From: Octopus sinensis
Lineage: Eukaryota
Assembly: GCF_006345805.1 (NCBI RefSeq)
Contig: NC_043000.1
Span: forward strand, 69,564,001-69,628,000
Direction of reading: 5' to 3'
Length of the DNA stretch: 64,000 nucleotides
Made by a program: the position numbers and the translations under genes. Shown piece by piece: positions 36,266 to 47,449 of the stretch (position 1 is the stretch's first letter; each line of letters starts with the position of its first letter). The notes below the pieces were generated by a model that was given only the letters and a program-made list of their open reading frames with translations, made no database searches and was not told the origin of the DNA.

Positions 36266-36309
<44 letters not shown>

Positions 36310-36310
<1 letters not shown>

Positions 36311-36520
36311 TGCGTTTTATTACAATTATAGGACTGCAGCTATGCTGAAGCACCACCTTGACGAGTTTTAGTCAAATCAATCCTCCGTAGTATTAATTTT
36401 AAAGCCCGGTACTTATTTTATCGGCCTCTTATTCCGACCCGCTAAGTTACGCGGAGGTAACGAAATCAGCAGTAGCTGTCAAGCGGTGATAGAGGACAAT
36501 CAGAAACACAAAAAGATACA
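36310..36520 (-). mobile_element. 3' half of SINE family 1 (diverged)
   Basis: Reverse strand: cgcttgacagc..gtaacttagcggg..gataaaataagtacc..aaggtggtgcttcagcatagctgcagtc. Confidence 0.65.
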
Positions 36521-36581
36521 CCCATTTATTCATAAATGTATATATATATATACACACATACATACATATATATATATATAT

Positions 36582-36623
36582 ACTAGCATTAAAGACCCGT
36601 CGTTGCCGGGCCATAGGGCTAGT
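36582..36623. other. Helitron-3'-end-like mini element (central hairpin, CTAG-T on both strands)
   Basis: ACTAG-cattaaaga-CCCG tcgttgc CGGG-ccataggg-CTAGT. Confidence 0.4.
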
Positions 36624-37579
36624 GCATATATATATGTGTATATATATATGTGTACATATTACATGTACATCTATATATATACATCTACACATAAAATACA
36701 AAGTTATATCTTGATATCGCTAGTGATAACAATACTTAAAATATATAACAGACTGGAATTGTTAGCCCGTCTCTTGTAATTTCGATCAATTGTATCTTGT
36801 CCTCCCTCTTGTACAGAAGTGTGGCTACAATCCAGCCTACCTCTACTTCTGGAGGGACATTTTAAATTTTTATCCGGGACGTCCTACGTCCCAGATATAA
36901 AGGTAAAAGTAAAATATTTCCACTTTGCAAGTTCGAGTCGAGTACTCCCTTGCACGCTCCGTTGACTCAAACCTTGCTTCTATTGTGGCGAATTTACCGC
37001 CTCAGATTAGATATATTTCATAGTCGCACCAAGACGCTTTTCGAAGGTGCTTTCCTCCATGTGTTCAAATCTTCTTTTTTCTCTACATTGTATACTTTAT
37101 AGACAATAGTCTTTTCTTTAATTTAATTTTTATTATTCATCTGGACTATTCCATTTCTGCACGCTAATTTTATTTTCAATTTATTCCCATTCATGTGAAA
37201 CCACTTATTCAAGTTCAAGTCATTGATGCAATTTTATACCAATTGCTATTTTTACTTTTGTTATGTTACGATTATATTATACTTTAGTTTGATTTTAATT
37301 ATTACTTACTACATATAATTCAATTGTTATTATTATTTTTATTGTTAAAGTGAAAGTATCTGACATAAAATAGAGAAATGTTTTTGTTTCACTTTTAACA
37401 CGTAATACTGAAAGAGTGGAGAAGATATGATATTGCTATGGCCTCGCTCTAGGCAAGACGTTGAACATTTTTTTTGCCGATGAAACTACATGGACCCTAA
37501 GTAAGGCATGTGTTAAATTTGAATGAAATTGGTTGTCTAGTTCTCAAGTTTTAGGGAAACACACAAACAGACAGACACA

Positions 37580-37744
<165 letters not shown>

Positions 37745-37900
37745 TTAATCCAAACATGAAAACACAAAGAGGACGTGGAACAAGTATAGTGTTATTGGAC
37801 GCTCAGGAAAGAAAAGAAAGAAGGAGGATTTAACGTTTCGAGTGGAGCTCTTCGTCAGAAACATAGAAAAAGGAAAGATCCAAAGAAGGGAAAACGGAGA
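37745..37900 (-). mobile_element. Solo PLE pseudo-LTR-like repeat
   Basis: Homologous to 26570-26732 (cctgagcgtc.aataa.act....ttgttccac.tcct..ttggattaact) and ends at (TA)n. Confidence 0.6.
37828..37862 (-). ncRNA. Minimal hammerhead-like motif with intact core
   Basis: GUUU-CUGACGA-A-GAG(CUCCA)CUC-GAAA-CG-UU-AAAU. Confidence 0.6.
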
Positions 37901-37940
37901 AAGAAATATATATACAAAGAAAGTGAAAAAGACAGAGAGA

Positions 37941-37971
<31 letters not shown>

Positions 37972-38204
37972 GGAAAAGGATGGAGATCCTCCTCATCATG
38001 AATTGCCACTTAGAAAGTCCAGCAGCCGCCCAGGCATACCAACGTTCTCTCTGCACAGCACCGATGTTATTCAAGGGAAATGTAAATGCCGATACAGCTT
38101 GACACCAGTGATGTCGCAACCCAACGTGAAATCAAATATCTTGCTCAAGAATTCACAACCTTTGCCATACGCCTCCACGCCCGTGCGCACACACACACAC
38201 ACAT

Positions 38205-38401
38205 ATATATCGGGAAGGTATTTGTCCATCAACAAATCCCAAGGCCAAACACTATCGGTGGCAGGTATCCATTTGGAGGAGCCGTGCTTTTCGCGTGGGC
38301 AACTTTATGTGGCCTACTCCCTTCTGAGGAGTAGAAACGTTCTTTTTGTGTATGCTCCTCAGGGCAGAACACGCAATGTTGTCTATAGCGAAGTTTTATA
38401 G
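38205..38401 (+). pseudogene. Helitron RepHel PIF1-like helicase C-terminal fragment
   Basis: SINKSQGQTLSVAGIHLEEPCFSRGQLYVAYS..LFVYAPQGRTRNVVYSEVL matches the typical TINKSQGQ..CFSHGQLYVA.SR..KNIVY.EVL pattern. Confidence 0.8.
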
Positions 38402-38669
38402 ACGTAAAAAGACCAAGTCATCATTGTAGCCTATGTGGTTATAAACAGGTGATCCGGAAGCATTGGTCGGACATATTCTCAAACCATGGCAACATGACAC
38501 ATGGACACTTCCTCTTCTTTATTAGACAATGCTGACTTCTCCTCCAACCATGCTCACTAGGCCGATATCAGTGCTTGGCCAAGTTACTCATAGAATTAGG
38601 CTAGAAGGGCCAGTCTCCTTATTTTTTGTTAAGGCTGTTAGTAAGTTTTCCTAAGTTACTCCACTCCGG

Positions 38670-38855
38670 ATCCCCAATGCAAACCTTCGAATCAACATTC
38701 CCCAATGCAGATCTCTAATACGACCTTATCCAATCCAAATCTTTGAGTCAACCTTCACTGCAGATCTCCCACGCAAACCTTCGATGCAACCTTCTCCAAT
38801 GCAGACCTTCGATGCAGACCTCCAAGGCAATCTTCTCCAATGTATATCTTTGATG
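38670..38855. repeat. Degenerate 12-14-bp minisatellite (ccaatgcagacctt / cgatgcaaccttct)
   Basis: About 12 imperfect units, read directly. Confidence 0.7.
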
Positions 38856-39084
38856 CAGACTTGACCGATAGTACCCCTAGGAGGGGTTAGGATTAGATCA
38901 GGATTAGTCGATGCATTTTAGAGGCTCCCGAGCTCCCTTTCGCTAGGTTAGCTTAGGCTTAGGTTAAGGCTTATTTGTGATCCGAACATAACCTCTTCTG
39001 ACACAGAGGATCGGGAGCCCTTTTGGGCGTTCTATTTTCCTTGTCGGAAGGATTCTCAACTCATGGGCCAGGGGGGGGGGGTTA

Positions 39085-39095
39085 TGCATATATAT

Positions 39096-39132
<37 letters not shown>

Positions 39133-39192
39133 TATGTATATATATATACATACACACACACACACATATATATATACATATATATACATCTG

Positions 39193-39229
<37 letters not shown>

Positions 39230-39248
39230 GTATATGTACCTATGAATG

Positions 39249-39286
<38 letters not shown>
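39085..39286. repeat. (TA)/(CA) compound microsatellite
   Basis: Direct reading of the sequence. Confidence 0.95.
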
Positions 39287-39288
<2 letters not shown>

Positions 39289-39676
39289 CATAATATGAGG
39301 AAGTTGGTCGTTTGCGCTAGAAAGCCATTAATTTAATTAATTAATAAAGAAAAGTGGTAGTAATAGTACATTTACCATCGTTTTTGTTTACAAGTTGTAG
39401 TTGTAGGCACCATCAGAATGCATAGTCATATGTATAGGTAAGAAGAGCGAAAGACATAGGGATCCATTGGTAACGAGAAGAAAGACAAAGAATGGTAAGT
39501 CTTACGTTATAGTAGATTTCATAGTTGATAATTTAAACTACGGTTTACCCGCTGAATTACCTGCTACTGAATACCTTTTACCATGGACTACGCAGGTAAT
39601 CACCAGGAGCGTCTTTGGATTTAGCCATCCCTTAGAGGTTTTAAACACCTCTAACTTATACCTATATATATATATA

Positions 39677-40964
39677 CAGGGTGGGGAAGCAAAATTTGCA
39701 ATATTTTGAGGCAGGGATTGAAAGACAGTGTATGACCAATTAGTTTATTGAAAGTCATGAGAATTTATTTGCCACAAGAAAATTTACATAATAGAAACTG
39801 TTTTTATTCTATGTGTCCCCCCTTCTTTCTCAATAACTGCCCACACACACTTCCTGAAACTTGCACAAGTATTCCTCAATATTCGGGAGACAACTTCTCC
39901 CATTCTTCTTTAATAGTATCTTTAAGAGAGTCGACATTGCTGTGAGATGTTCAATTGGTAGCATGTTCTAAAACGCCCCAAATAGCATAATCCAGAGGGT
40001 TTAGATCTGGGCTAGAATGCGGCCATAAACATGATTAAAAAAATTGCTAAAGTTGGATTTGCAGAAATCTTGTATTTTTCTAGCTGTGTGGACTGGAGCA
40101 CCATTCTGTGTCCATACATAATTACCATCTGGGTAGTTTGCTTTAAGCCATGGCAATACCTGGTATCTCAGAGTCTTGTAGCAAGTATTAACATTGATCT
40201 TTTTATCAGCTTTGTAGAATTTTATAGGCATTTTCTTTTCATCGGAAGCCACAACACCAAAAGCCATAACTTGAACAGGATGTTTTGTTTTGAATGTCCC
40301 CTTAACCTCAGCTGTCAATTTTGCGATAAATCTGTCATTTCTGCGGTTCAGAACAGCATCGACAGTGAAGATCTTTTCATCTGAAAAGATCGTTACAATG
40401 GAGGACTTTTTCGTGAACCATGTAATAATTTTCTTGCACCTTTCCAATCTCTTTCTCTTCACAGTTGTTGTCAACAAGTGTTTTGGTGTTCTTGTGTAAG
40501 ATTTAAACATCAAATCATATTTTACTGCATTTCTAATGGTCTTGTTGTCTACCTCAAGTTCAATTGCCATTTTTCTGATAGATTTCGTTGGATCCTTTAG
40601 GATTTTGGATTTGAGAGCTTTAATAAAAGCTTTGGTACGTTTTTTGTTGATTCCTCCACTTCCAGACGTCCTCGTAATAGTTTTGCTCATAGTCATTCTA
40701 TTCTTAACATTATAACCAGTCTTTATGGACACTCCAACTATTCTTGAAATTTCCTTTGGTGTGACGAGTGCATTCAGCAAATCACACACTCTTTGACGTT
40801 TGCTTTCCTGATTAGTCATATGGGCAAAAATTTCTGAAAACGTAAGGATAAAATGTTAGGTATGATTATGACATCAATATATGCTAGGTTTCAAAACAAT
40901 TGACTCAGTGCCTGCTGAGAAAAAACAACTTAAAGAGCATTGCAAATTTTGCTTCCCCACCCTG
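39677..40964 (-). mobile_element. Full-length 1288-bp maT-like (DD37D) Tc1/mariner transposon, inactive copy
   Basis: Perfect 26-bp TIRs CAGGGTGGGGAAGCAAAATTTGCAAT (39677-39702 and 40939-40964) with TA on both sides. Motifs FSDEK, QNGAP (D to N) and WPHSSPDLNPLDY after a frameshift near 40030. Confidence 0.92.
40001..40819 (-). CDS. maT-like transposase, truncated by frameshift, catalytic D2 changed to N
   Basis: 272-aa ORF with HTH region, SIRKMA, FSDEKIFTVD and QNGAPVH. Confidence 0.8.
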   Translation of the reverse strand: MTNQESKRQRVCDLLNALVTPKEISRIVGVSIKTGYNVKNRMTMSKTITRTSGSGGINKKRTKAFIKALKSKILKDPTKSIRKMAIELEVDNKTIRNAVKYDLMFKSYTRTPKHLLTTTVKRKRLERCKKIITWFTKKSSIVTIFSDEKIFTVDAVLNRRNDRFIAKLTAEVKGTFKTKHPVQVMAFGVVASDEKKMPIKFYKADKKINVNTCYKTLRYQVLPWLKANYPDGNYVWTQNGAPVHTARKIQDFCKSNFSNFFNHVYGRILAQI

Positions 40965-41088
<124 letters not shown>

Positions 41089-41559
41089 CACATGACAATT
41101 CAATGAATAAAGACAATAATACACTTACAGATTTTTTATCTGTAATAATTATACAGTATATTTAGTTTAAATCTGTCCGACATGTGTTTCTGCTACAGGG
41201 ACATCTAGCAATGTGGTTTTCATTTGGATACAGATTGTTCATTTGTTTAAGAATGCAGCTTCATTTAAGGTGTTGTACACTGCTGTGGTTTGAAGTGAAC
41301 TAAAAGTATGTTGGTTTAGGTTGTAAAGGGCAGTACGTCTTGAGTGCAAAGAATTAAAGAAGCAATTAGAAATCAAATTAGGCTACAAAAACGGTTACCA
41401 GGATGACCCTATGATGACCCAAAGATTTGAAATTCGAATCATGAATAATCCCAAGTTTTTCCTTACCATTCAATGCGGTTACCCATAACTTGCATTATTA
41501 GTGTTTGAATAGTACTTGCATGGACGTAAGCTACTATGCATAAACCATTCGTGTTACTA

Positions 41560-41601
41560 TCTAATAATAATAATAGTAATAATGATAATGATAATAAAAA
41601 T

Positions 41602-41679
<78 letters not shown>

Positions 41680-41738
41680 CACCATTATAATAATAATAAT
41701 AATAATAATGGTAATGGTGATGATAATAACAATAATAA
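41560..41738. repeat. (AAT)/(AAC)n tract, 5' flank of Dong-1
   Basis: Direct reading of the sequence. Confidence 0.95.
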
Positions 41739-42496
41739 GCCGACTACGGTTGCTATAATGGTACGATTATAATTGTAACGGCAATGATGGCCGTCTCCCC
41801 ACGAGCCACTCAAAGCTCAAAAATGATAACATTATCGTAGCACCAAAATGTTTTTGGAAACTAAATGGAAAACTAAATTAGTATACCAAATCGCTTGTCC
41901 TATGGTTATCTGGAAGCGCGTCCCCCAGGGAAGAGCCAGCCTGGGATCGAAAAGTCATCAACTGGCACAAACTCTTCTCCGAATACGGACATGGATGGTC
42001 ACTTGAACGGGAAATTCCCCAACTCGAGCCCTCCAAGTTCAGCACCACAACCACCACAGAAAGAAAAATGTAAGCGGAATAAATGGACCCGAGAAGAGTA
42101 TAAAGAAGTAATATACGCTTTTTACTATGCATTATAGGTAGGCCATCTCAAGTATATGGAGAACACGGAATCAAGACAGTAGGCCCTATTTGGACGAGAA
42201 CAAATTGGCAAATGTGAGGAGGGATATCCTTAGAAATAACAGACTCACAGACAGTGAAATAAGCTCGATCAAGCACGCAACGGAAAATGACATAAATATA
42301 AGACACAAAGGAAATGAAGAATCAGATGAACAGTATAGCCCGCCACGAGGCTTAATTGAAAAGACTGCCATCTGACCAAAGTACGCAAAGACCTGAAGAT
42401 ACAAGAAATTCTATTGAACCTGTTAAAGATAGCCAGGAAAATGATAAAACAACAGTAACTGAAGATCTCGCATTTGCTGAAGAACACAGATAGTCT

Positions 42497-44350
42497 ATGG
42501 CAGAAATGAGGCAGAAAATCCTGAATACGCTTGAAGTTGTAAGACATACAAGTATGAATGATAGAGAACCACTTCATAAACTCTCAAATACAAACCAAAA
42601 TAAAAAACAAATCCAAATTAGCAACTATGTAACAAATGAAATAATACAAGAATTAAAACCTGATTTTACTGAGTTAAATGAAATTATTTACGCTTCTGCT
42701 AGGGCAATTGAAACTAGCTGTATGCCCCCGAAAAAACAAAGAAAACCAAACCCGGGAAGAAATCAAACCTGGAGAAGTAAAATTGAAAAAGAGATTGAAT
42801 TTATGAGAGGGGAAATATCAATATTAAATGAACTAATAGGTGGAAATGATGTAAGATCCAGAACAGGAAGAAAGATGAGGAGAAAATTTGGATCCTCACC
42901 AAGAGAAGAACTGATATCAATAAAAGAAACGCTGAAACAAAAAGTCCAAGCAAAAGCCCAAAGAATACGAAGATTTGAGAAGAGAAACAAGTTTTACAAG
43001 CAAAATGCCAAAAAATTCTACAGAGAAATAGGGAAGGAGAAAGTAACCGTTAAAGACCCCCCTCCCATGGAAGAAGTTCAAAACTTTTGGAAAACGATTT
43101 GGAGTGACAAGAAGACGTACAACATAAATGCAGACTGGATTATACAAACAGAAGGATCCTACCAAAATTTACAACAGCAAGCATGGGAAGACATCACAAT
43201 AGCAGACCTAAGAAAGGCACTCACGGAGGCCCATAATTGGAAATCCTCCGGTAAAGATAGGGTGCCGAATTTCTGGCTCACATCGCTCCCATGCGCACAC
43301 GGTAAGCTAGTTCAGCTGCTCAATGGAATTATGAGAGACCCAAAGAAAACACCTGAATGGTTAGCAAGTGGTATTACTTACCTATTCCCAAAGAATAACG
43401 AAACCAACCCTCCAAAAAACTATCGGCCTATAACCTGTCTATCCACCACGTATAAAATCCTAACATCTATTCTGGCGGAGAAAACATATGCATTCATGGA
43501 GAAGAACGATATTTTCCCCACTGAACAAAAAGGGTGCCGCCGAGGCTCATACGGATGCAAAGATCAACTGCTAATTAATCGTATTATCCTTGAGAACTGT
43601 CACAACAAGCGCAGAAATCTCAGTTCTGCATGGATTGACTATAAAAAGGCCTTCGACAGTATACCGCATCCATGGATCTTGAGATCGCTGGACATCTTCA
43701 AAATTTCCCCTGTGATTTCAAGCTTCCTGAAGCACAATATGTCGTTGTGGAATACGAATCTCCAATTATACCACTCTAATGGAGTACTTGCCTCAGAAAA
43801 TATAAACATCAACTGTGGAATTTTTCAAGGTGACTCACTTTCACCTTTAATATTCTGCATAGCCCTAATACCCCTTACAAGTGAATTAAACAGAACAGGG
43901 TATGGGTATAAAATTGCCAATAAAAAAATAAGCCATCTATTTTATATGGACGACTTAAAACTCTATGGTAAAAACGATAATGAACTTGAAAGCCTATTGC
44001 GCACTGTGAAAGCATTCAGCGATGACATCGGGATAGAGTTTGGGCTTGAGAAGTGTGCCAAGGCCACTTTCCAGAAAGGGAAAGTGAAGACCACAAATTC
44101 AGTCGTGTTAGATGTTGACACAGTCATAAGAGAGCTTGAGCAAGAACAAACATACGAATATTTAAGAATAAATGAAGGCTCTGGTATTCAGCATGCAAGC
44201 ATGAAAGAGAAAATCAGGAAGGAATGTTATAGGAGAGTTCGTGCAGTCCTGAAATCTGAACTGAATGCACGTAACAAGGTGTTAGCTATAAATTCCTTAG
44301 CAGTTCCAGTTGTTACTTATAGCTACAATGTGTTGAACTGGAATGAGTGA
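42497..44350 (+). CDS. Dong-1 reverse transcriptase part
   Basis: NYRPITCL, EQKGCRR, WIDYKKAFDSIPH, GIFQGDSLSPL, YMDDLKL. Confidence 0.9.
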   Translation: MAEMRQKILNTLEVVRHTSMNDREPLHKLSNTNQNKKQIQISNYVTNEIIQELKPDFTELNEIIYASARAIETSCMPPKKQRKPNPGRNQTWRSKIEKEIEFMRGEISILNELIGGNDVRSRTGRKMRRKFGSSPREELISIKETLKQKVQAKAQRIRRFEKRNKFYKQNAKKFYREIGKEKVTVKDPPPMEEVQNFWKTIWSDKKTYNINADWIIQTEGSYQNLQQQAWEDITIADLRKALTEAHNWKSSGKDRVPNFWLTSLPCAHGKLVQLLNGIMRDPKKTPEWLASGITYLFPKNNETNPPKNYRPITCLSTTYKILTSILAEKTYAFMEKNDIFPTEQKGCRRGSYGCKDQLLINRIILENCHNKRRNLSSAWIDYKKAFDSIPHPWILRSLDIFKISPVISSFLKHNMSLWNTNLQLYHSNGVLASENININCGIFQGDSLSPLIFCIALIPLTSELNRTGYGYKIANKKISHLFYMDDLKLYGKNDNELESLLRTVKAFSDDIGIEFGLEKCAKATFQKGKVKTTNSVVLDVDTVIRELEQEQTYEYLRINEGSGIQHASMKEKIRKECYRRVRAVLKSELNARNKVLAINSLAVPVVTYSYNVLNWNE

Positions 44351-45494
44351 AGTAAAGAATATAGATAGGAAAATACGCAAGCTGCTGAGTTGTAATAGGA
44401 TGCACCACCCAAAGGCAGACGTAGATCGCCTTTACCTTCCCAGAGCCCAAGGAGGTCGCGGCCTGAACCAATTTGAACTAGCTTACAAAACAACCACAAT
44501 TGGACTGGCCAGATATATCGAAATAACGAATGACTGGATGCTAAAGCTCGTGGAAAATCACGAGAGACGAAAGAAGCTTCATTCTATCATAAAGGAAAGC
44601 AAAACATTTACTATTGATCACGTGCAGGATACCCAAACTGAACAACCCGAGGGAAGTACGGCAACTATTGTTGCAAAGAAGGTGAAAATAATGGCAACGA
44701 AAAAAGCGCACGAGCAATTGGCTGATAGGTGGGAGGAGAAACCTCTGCACGGTAAATATGTGGCCCGCAGCAAACAAGCTGTTGTTGACCAGAAGCAAAC
44801 CCATCAGTGGCTACGGAGCTCAGGGCTAAAAGCAGAGAGCGAAGGTTTCATCCTGGCTGCTCAAGATCAAAACCTATTAACCCGGAACTACCAGGCCAAT
44901 GTGATGAAAACTGGAGCAGACCCAAAATGCCGATTCTGCAACGACATTATTGAAACAGTGGACCACCTAATCTCTGGATGTAAAGTCTTAGCACCAGTGG
45001 AGTATAAATTAAGACATGACAGGGTTGGCCAATATCTACACTGGCTAATAAGTCGGCATTACAATATCAAAACTGCCGACAAGTGGTATAATCACCACCC
45101 TGAAGCTGTAACTGAAGGAGAAAATGTAACGATTCTGTGGGACTTTCCAGTACATACAGACCGAACCATCAAAGCCAATAAACCAGATATTGTTGTGAAA
45201 GACCAAAACAATAAAGTTTGCTTATTGATCGACATGAGTATCCCCTGTGATCATAATATCTCGGCGAAAGAGTTTGACAAGCTCAGAAAATATAAAGACC
45301 TGCTCATTAAAATTGAGAAAATGTGGCATATCAAGGCGGTTACAATACCAGTGATCGTAGGAGCACTAGGAATGATCAAAAAGGGAACCGAAAATTATAT
45401 GAGAATGATCCCTGGCTTACCATCCCTGCAAGATGTGCAAACGATTGTCTTAACTGGTACATCACACGTATTGAGAAGAGCATTGTCGATGTGA
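44343..45494 (+). CDS. Dong-1 C-terminal part (CCHC zinc knuckle and RLE), frameshifted from the RT ORF
   Basis: CRFC..ETVDHLISGC, RHD, ANKPDIVV..LIDMSIP..KLRKYKDL. Confidence 0.88.
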   Translation: MSEVKNIDRKIRKLLSCNRMHHPKADVDRLYLPRAQGGRGLNQFELAYKTTTIGLARYIEITNDWMLKLVENHERRKKLHSIIKESKTFTIDHVQDTQTEQPEGSTATIVAKKVKIMATKKAHEQLADRWEEKPLHGKYVARSKQAVVDQKQTHQWLRSSGLKAESEGFILAAQDQNLLTRNYQANVMKTGADPKCRFCNDIIETVDHLISGCKVLAPVEYKLRHDRVGQYLHWLISRHYNIKTADKWYNHHPEAVTEGENVTILWDFPVHTDRTIKANKPDIVVKDQNNKVCLLIDMSIPCDHNISAKEFDKLRKYKDLLIKIEKMWHIKAVTIPVIVGALGMIKKGTENYMRMIPGLPSLQDVQTIVLTGTSHVLRRALSM

Positions 45495-45656
45495 GAACTA
45501 TTACTACCCATGTATTCTAACTTAAAAAAAAATGAACGAACTAGTGAGTTTAGTTTAATGGCTGACCAATGTATACGATGAATTCTTTGCCCTAGGAGTC
45601 GGGAAGACACTCGGCAAGAAATGGAAGCAAATTTGAAAGAAGAAAAAAAAGATAAC

Positions 45657-45689
<33 letters not shown>

Positions 45690-47265
45690 GACAGTTTATG
45701 GATTTACCAAAGAAATAGATATGAAATTTGGATTAGAAAAATGTGCCAAAGTAACCATGAAAAGAGGAAAACTAGTTAAGAGTAGCAACATCACACTAGA
45801 TAAAAACAATGAAATAAAAGAATTAGACCAAAGCCAAACTTACAAATACTTAGGAATCCATGAACTAGATAAGACACAACACACACAAATGAAAGAGAAA
45901 ATAAAAAAAGAATATTATAGAGTTAGAGCAATACTAAAAACAGAGCTCAATGCTAAAAACAAGATAATAGGTATTAACACTTTAGCTGTCCCAGTTATAA
46001 GTTACAGCTACAATATCCTTAACTGGACACTAAATGAACTGACCAAAATAGATAGGAAAACAAGAAAAATAATGGTAGGATCTAGGATGCATCACCCAAA
46101 ATCTGACATAGAAAGACTATATATACAACGTACAGAAGGTAGTAGAGGCCTTATACAGCTGGAAAACTACTATAAAATAACCACCATAAGACTGCAAAAA
46201 TATCTACTTCAGAAGGAAGGAAAACTGATACAAATAGCGGCAAAACACGAGCAAAACAAAAAACTGTTCTCAGTATTTAAGGAAGCTGACAAATACAAAC
46301 AAGAAATCATACCACCTAATAAATATGAAGAAGAAGAAGATGAAGAAACAACAAAAGCTATAAAACAAATGAAATCCAAGCTAAAAATAGAACAGCAACG
46401 AACCATGATAAAACGATGGCAAGAAAAGCCCCTTCATGGCAAATACTGGACTAAACTAAATGCAAAAGAAATAGACAAAGAAAAATCCCAGCAATGGTTG
46501 AGAAGCTCAGGACTCAAAGCAGAGACAGAGGGATTTTTAATTGCAGCACAAGACCAACGCCTCCCCACCAGAAATTACCAAAAACATGTAATGAAAAGAA
46601 ACTGCAGAATATGGGGAGATGGACAAGAAACAATAAATCATATTATCTCTAGCTGCCCAGTCCTGGCTAAGAAGGAATATATTCACAGACATGACAGAGT
46701 TGGAACCTACATACATTGGAAGCTATGCCAACATTATGGAATAACAACAGAAAAAGATGGTATAGGCACACACCAGAAAAGGTCACAGAAAACGGGAAAG
46801 CAACCATACTCTGGGATATGCCGATACACACAGATAGAGAAATTAAGGCCAACAGACCAGATATAGTTGTCAGAGATCATGAAGAAAAAAAATGCTTTCT
46901 AATTGATGTATCAATACCGGCTGATGACAACGTGTCTCTAAAAGAAATGGAGAAACTCTCAAAATACAAAGACCTGGAAATAGAGGTAACTAGAATGTGG
47001 AATCTGAAAACAGAAACAATTCCTATCATAGTAGGTGCATTAGGCATGATAAAAAAATATTCAGACAAATACATAACAAAAACAGCAGGACTTACAAACA
47101 CATATAACATACAGAAAATTGCACTACTAGGCACTGCACACATCCTACGCAGAACACTTTCCATACAATAACCATCAGAGCATCACAACAAATCACAGCA
47201 CATACCCAAGGCACACAGAGCTGCGCTCGGTAGTGAAGTGAAAGCACGCTATAAAAATAAAACTA

Positions 47266-47268
<3 letters not shown>
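45690..47268 (+). mobile_element. 5'-truncated R4/Dong LINE (Dong-2), head-to-tail after Dong-1
   Basis: ORFs 45721-46866 and 46716-47171 (FGLEKC, YKYLGI, RHD, ANRPDIVV..KLSKYKDL); flanked by (AAT)n at 45655-45689 and 47269-47389. Confidence 0.92.
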
Positions 47269-47315
<47 letters not shown>

Positions 47316-47341
47316 TAATATTAATAATAATAATAATAATA

Positions 47342-47389
<48 letters not shown>
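47269..47389. repeat. (AAT)n microsatellite
   Basis: Direct reading of the sequence. Confidence 0.97.
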
Positions 47390-47449
47390 GCATGTGAAGA
47401 CACAGAATCACTAATAAAACCCAGCAGGACAACTGAAAAAATAACTCTA

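Larger units (their letters stand above)
32865..36305. repeat. Near-perfect tandem duplication of a ~1718-bp unit (about 32865-34585 and 34586-36305)
   Basis: Offset 1717-1718 at several landmarks; breakpoints lie in (TG)n; there are only a few 1-bp indels and substitutions. Confidence 0.92.
41740..45654 (+). mobile_element. Apparently full-length R4/Dong-clade LINE (Dong-1) with a few frameshifts and stops
   Basis: N-terminal KWTREEYKEVIYAFYY..ENKLANVRRDIL, RT ORF 42497-44350, RLE ORF 44343-45494, 3'UTR, and (AAT)n on both flanks. Confidence 0.92.

Noticed and set aside
41745-41835. HDV-like fold at the 5' end of Dong-1 (GGTTGCT/AGCCACT, CGT/ACG)
   Set aside because: No P1.1 GG, no catalytic C in J4/2, and extra unpaired bases between P2 and P3.
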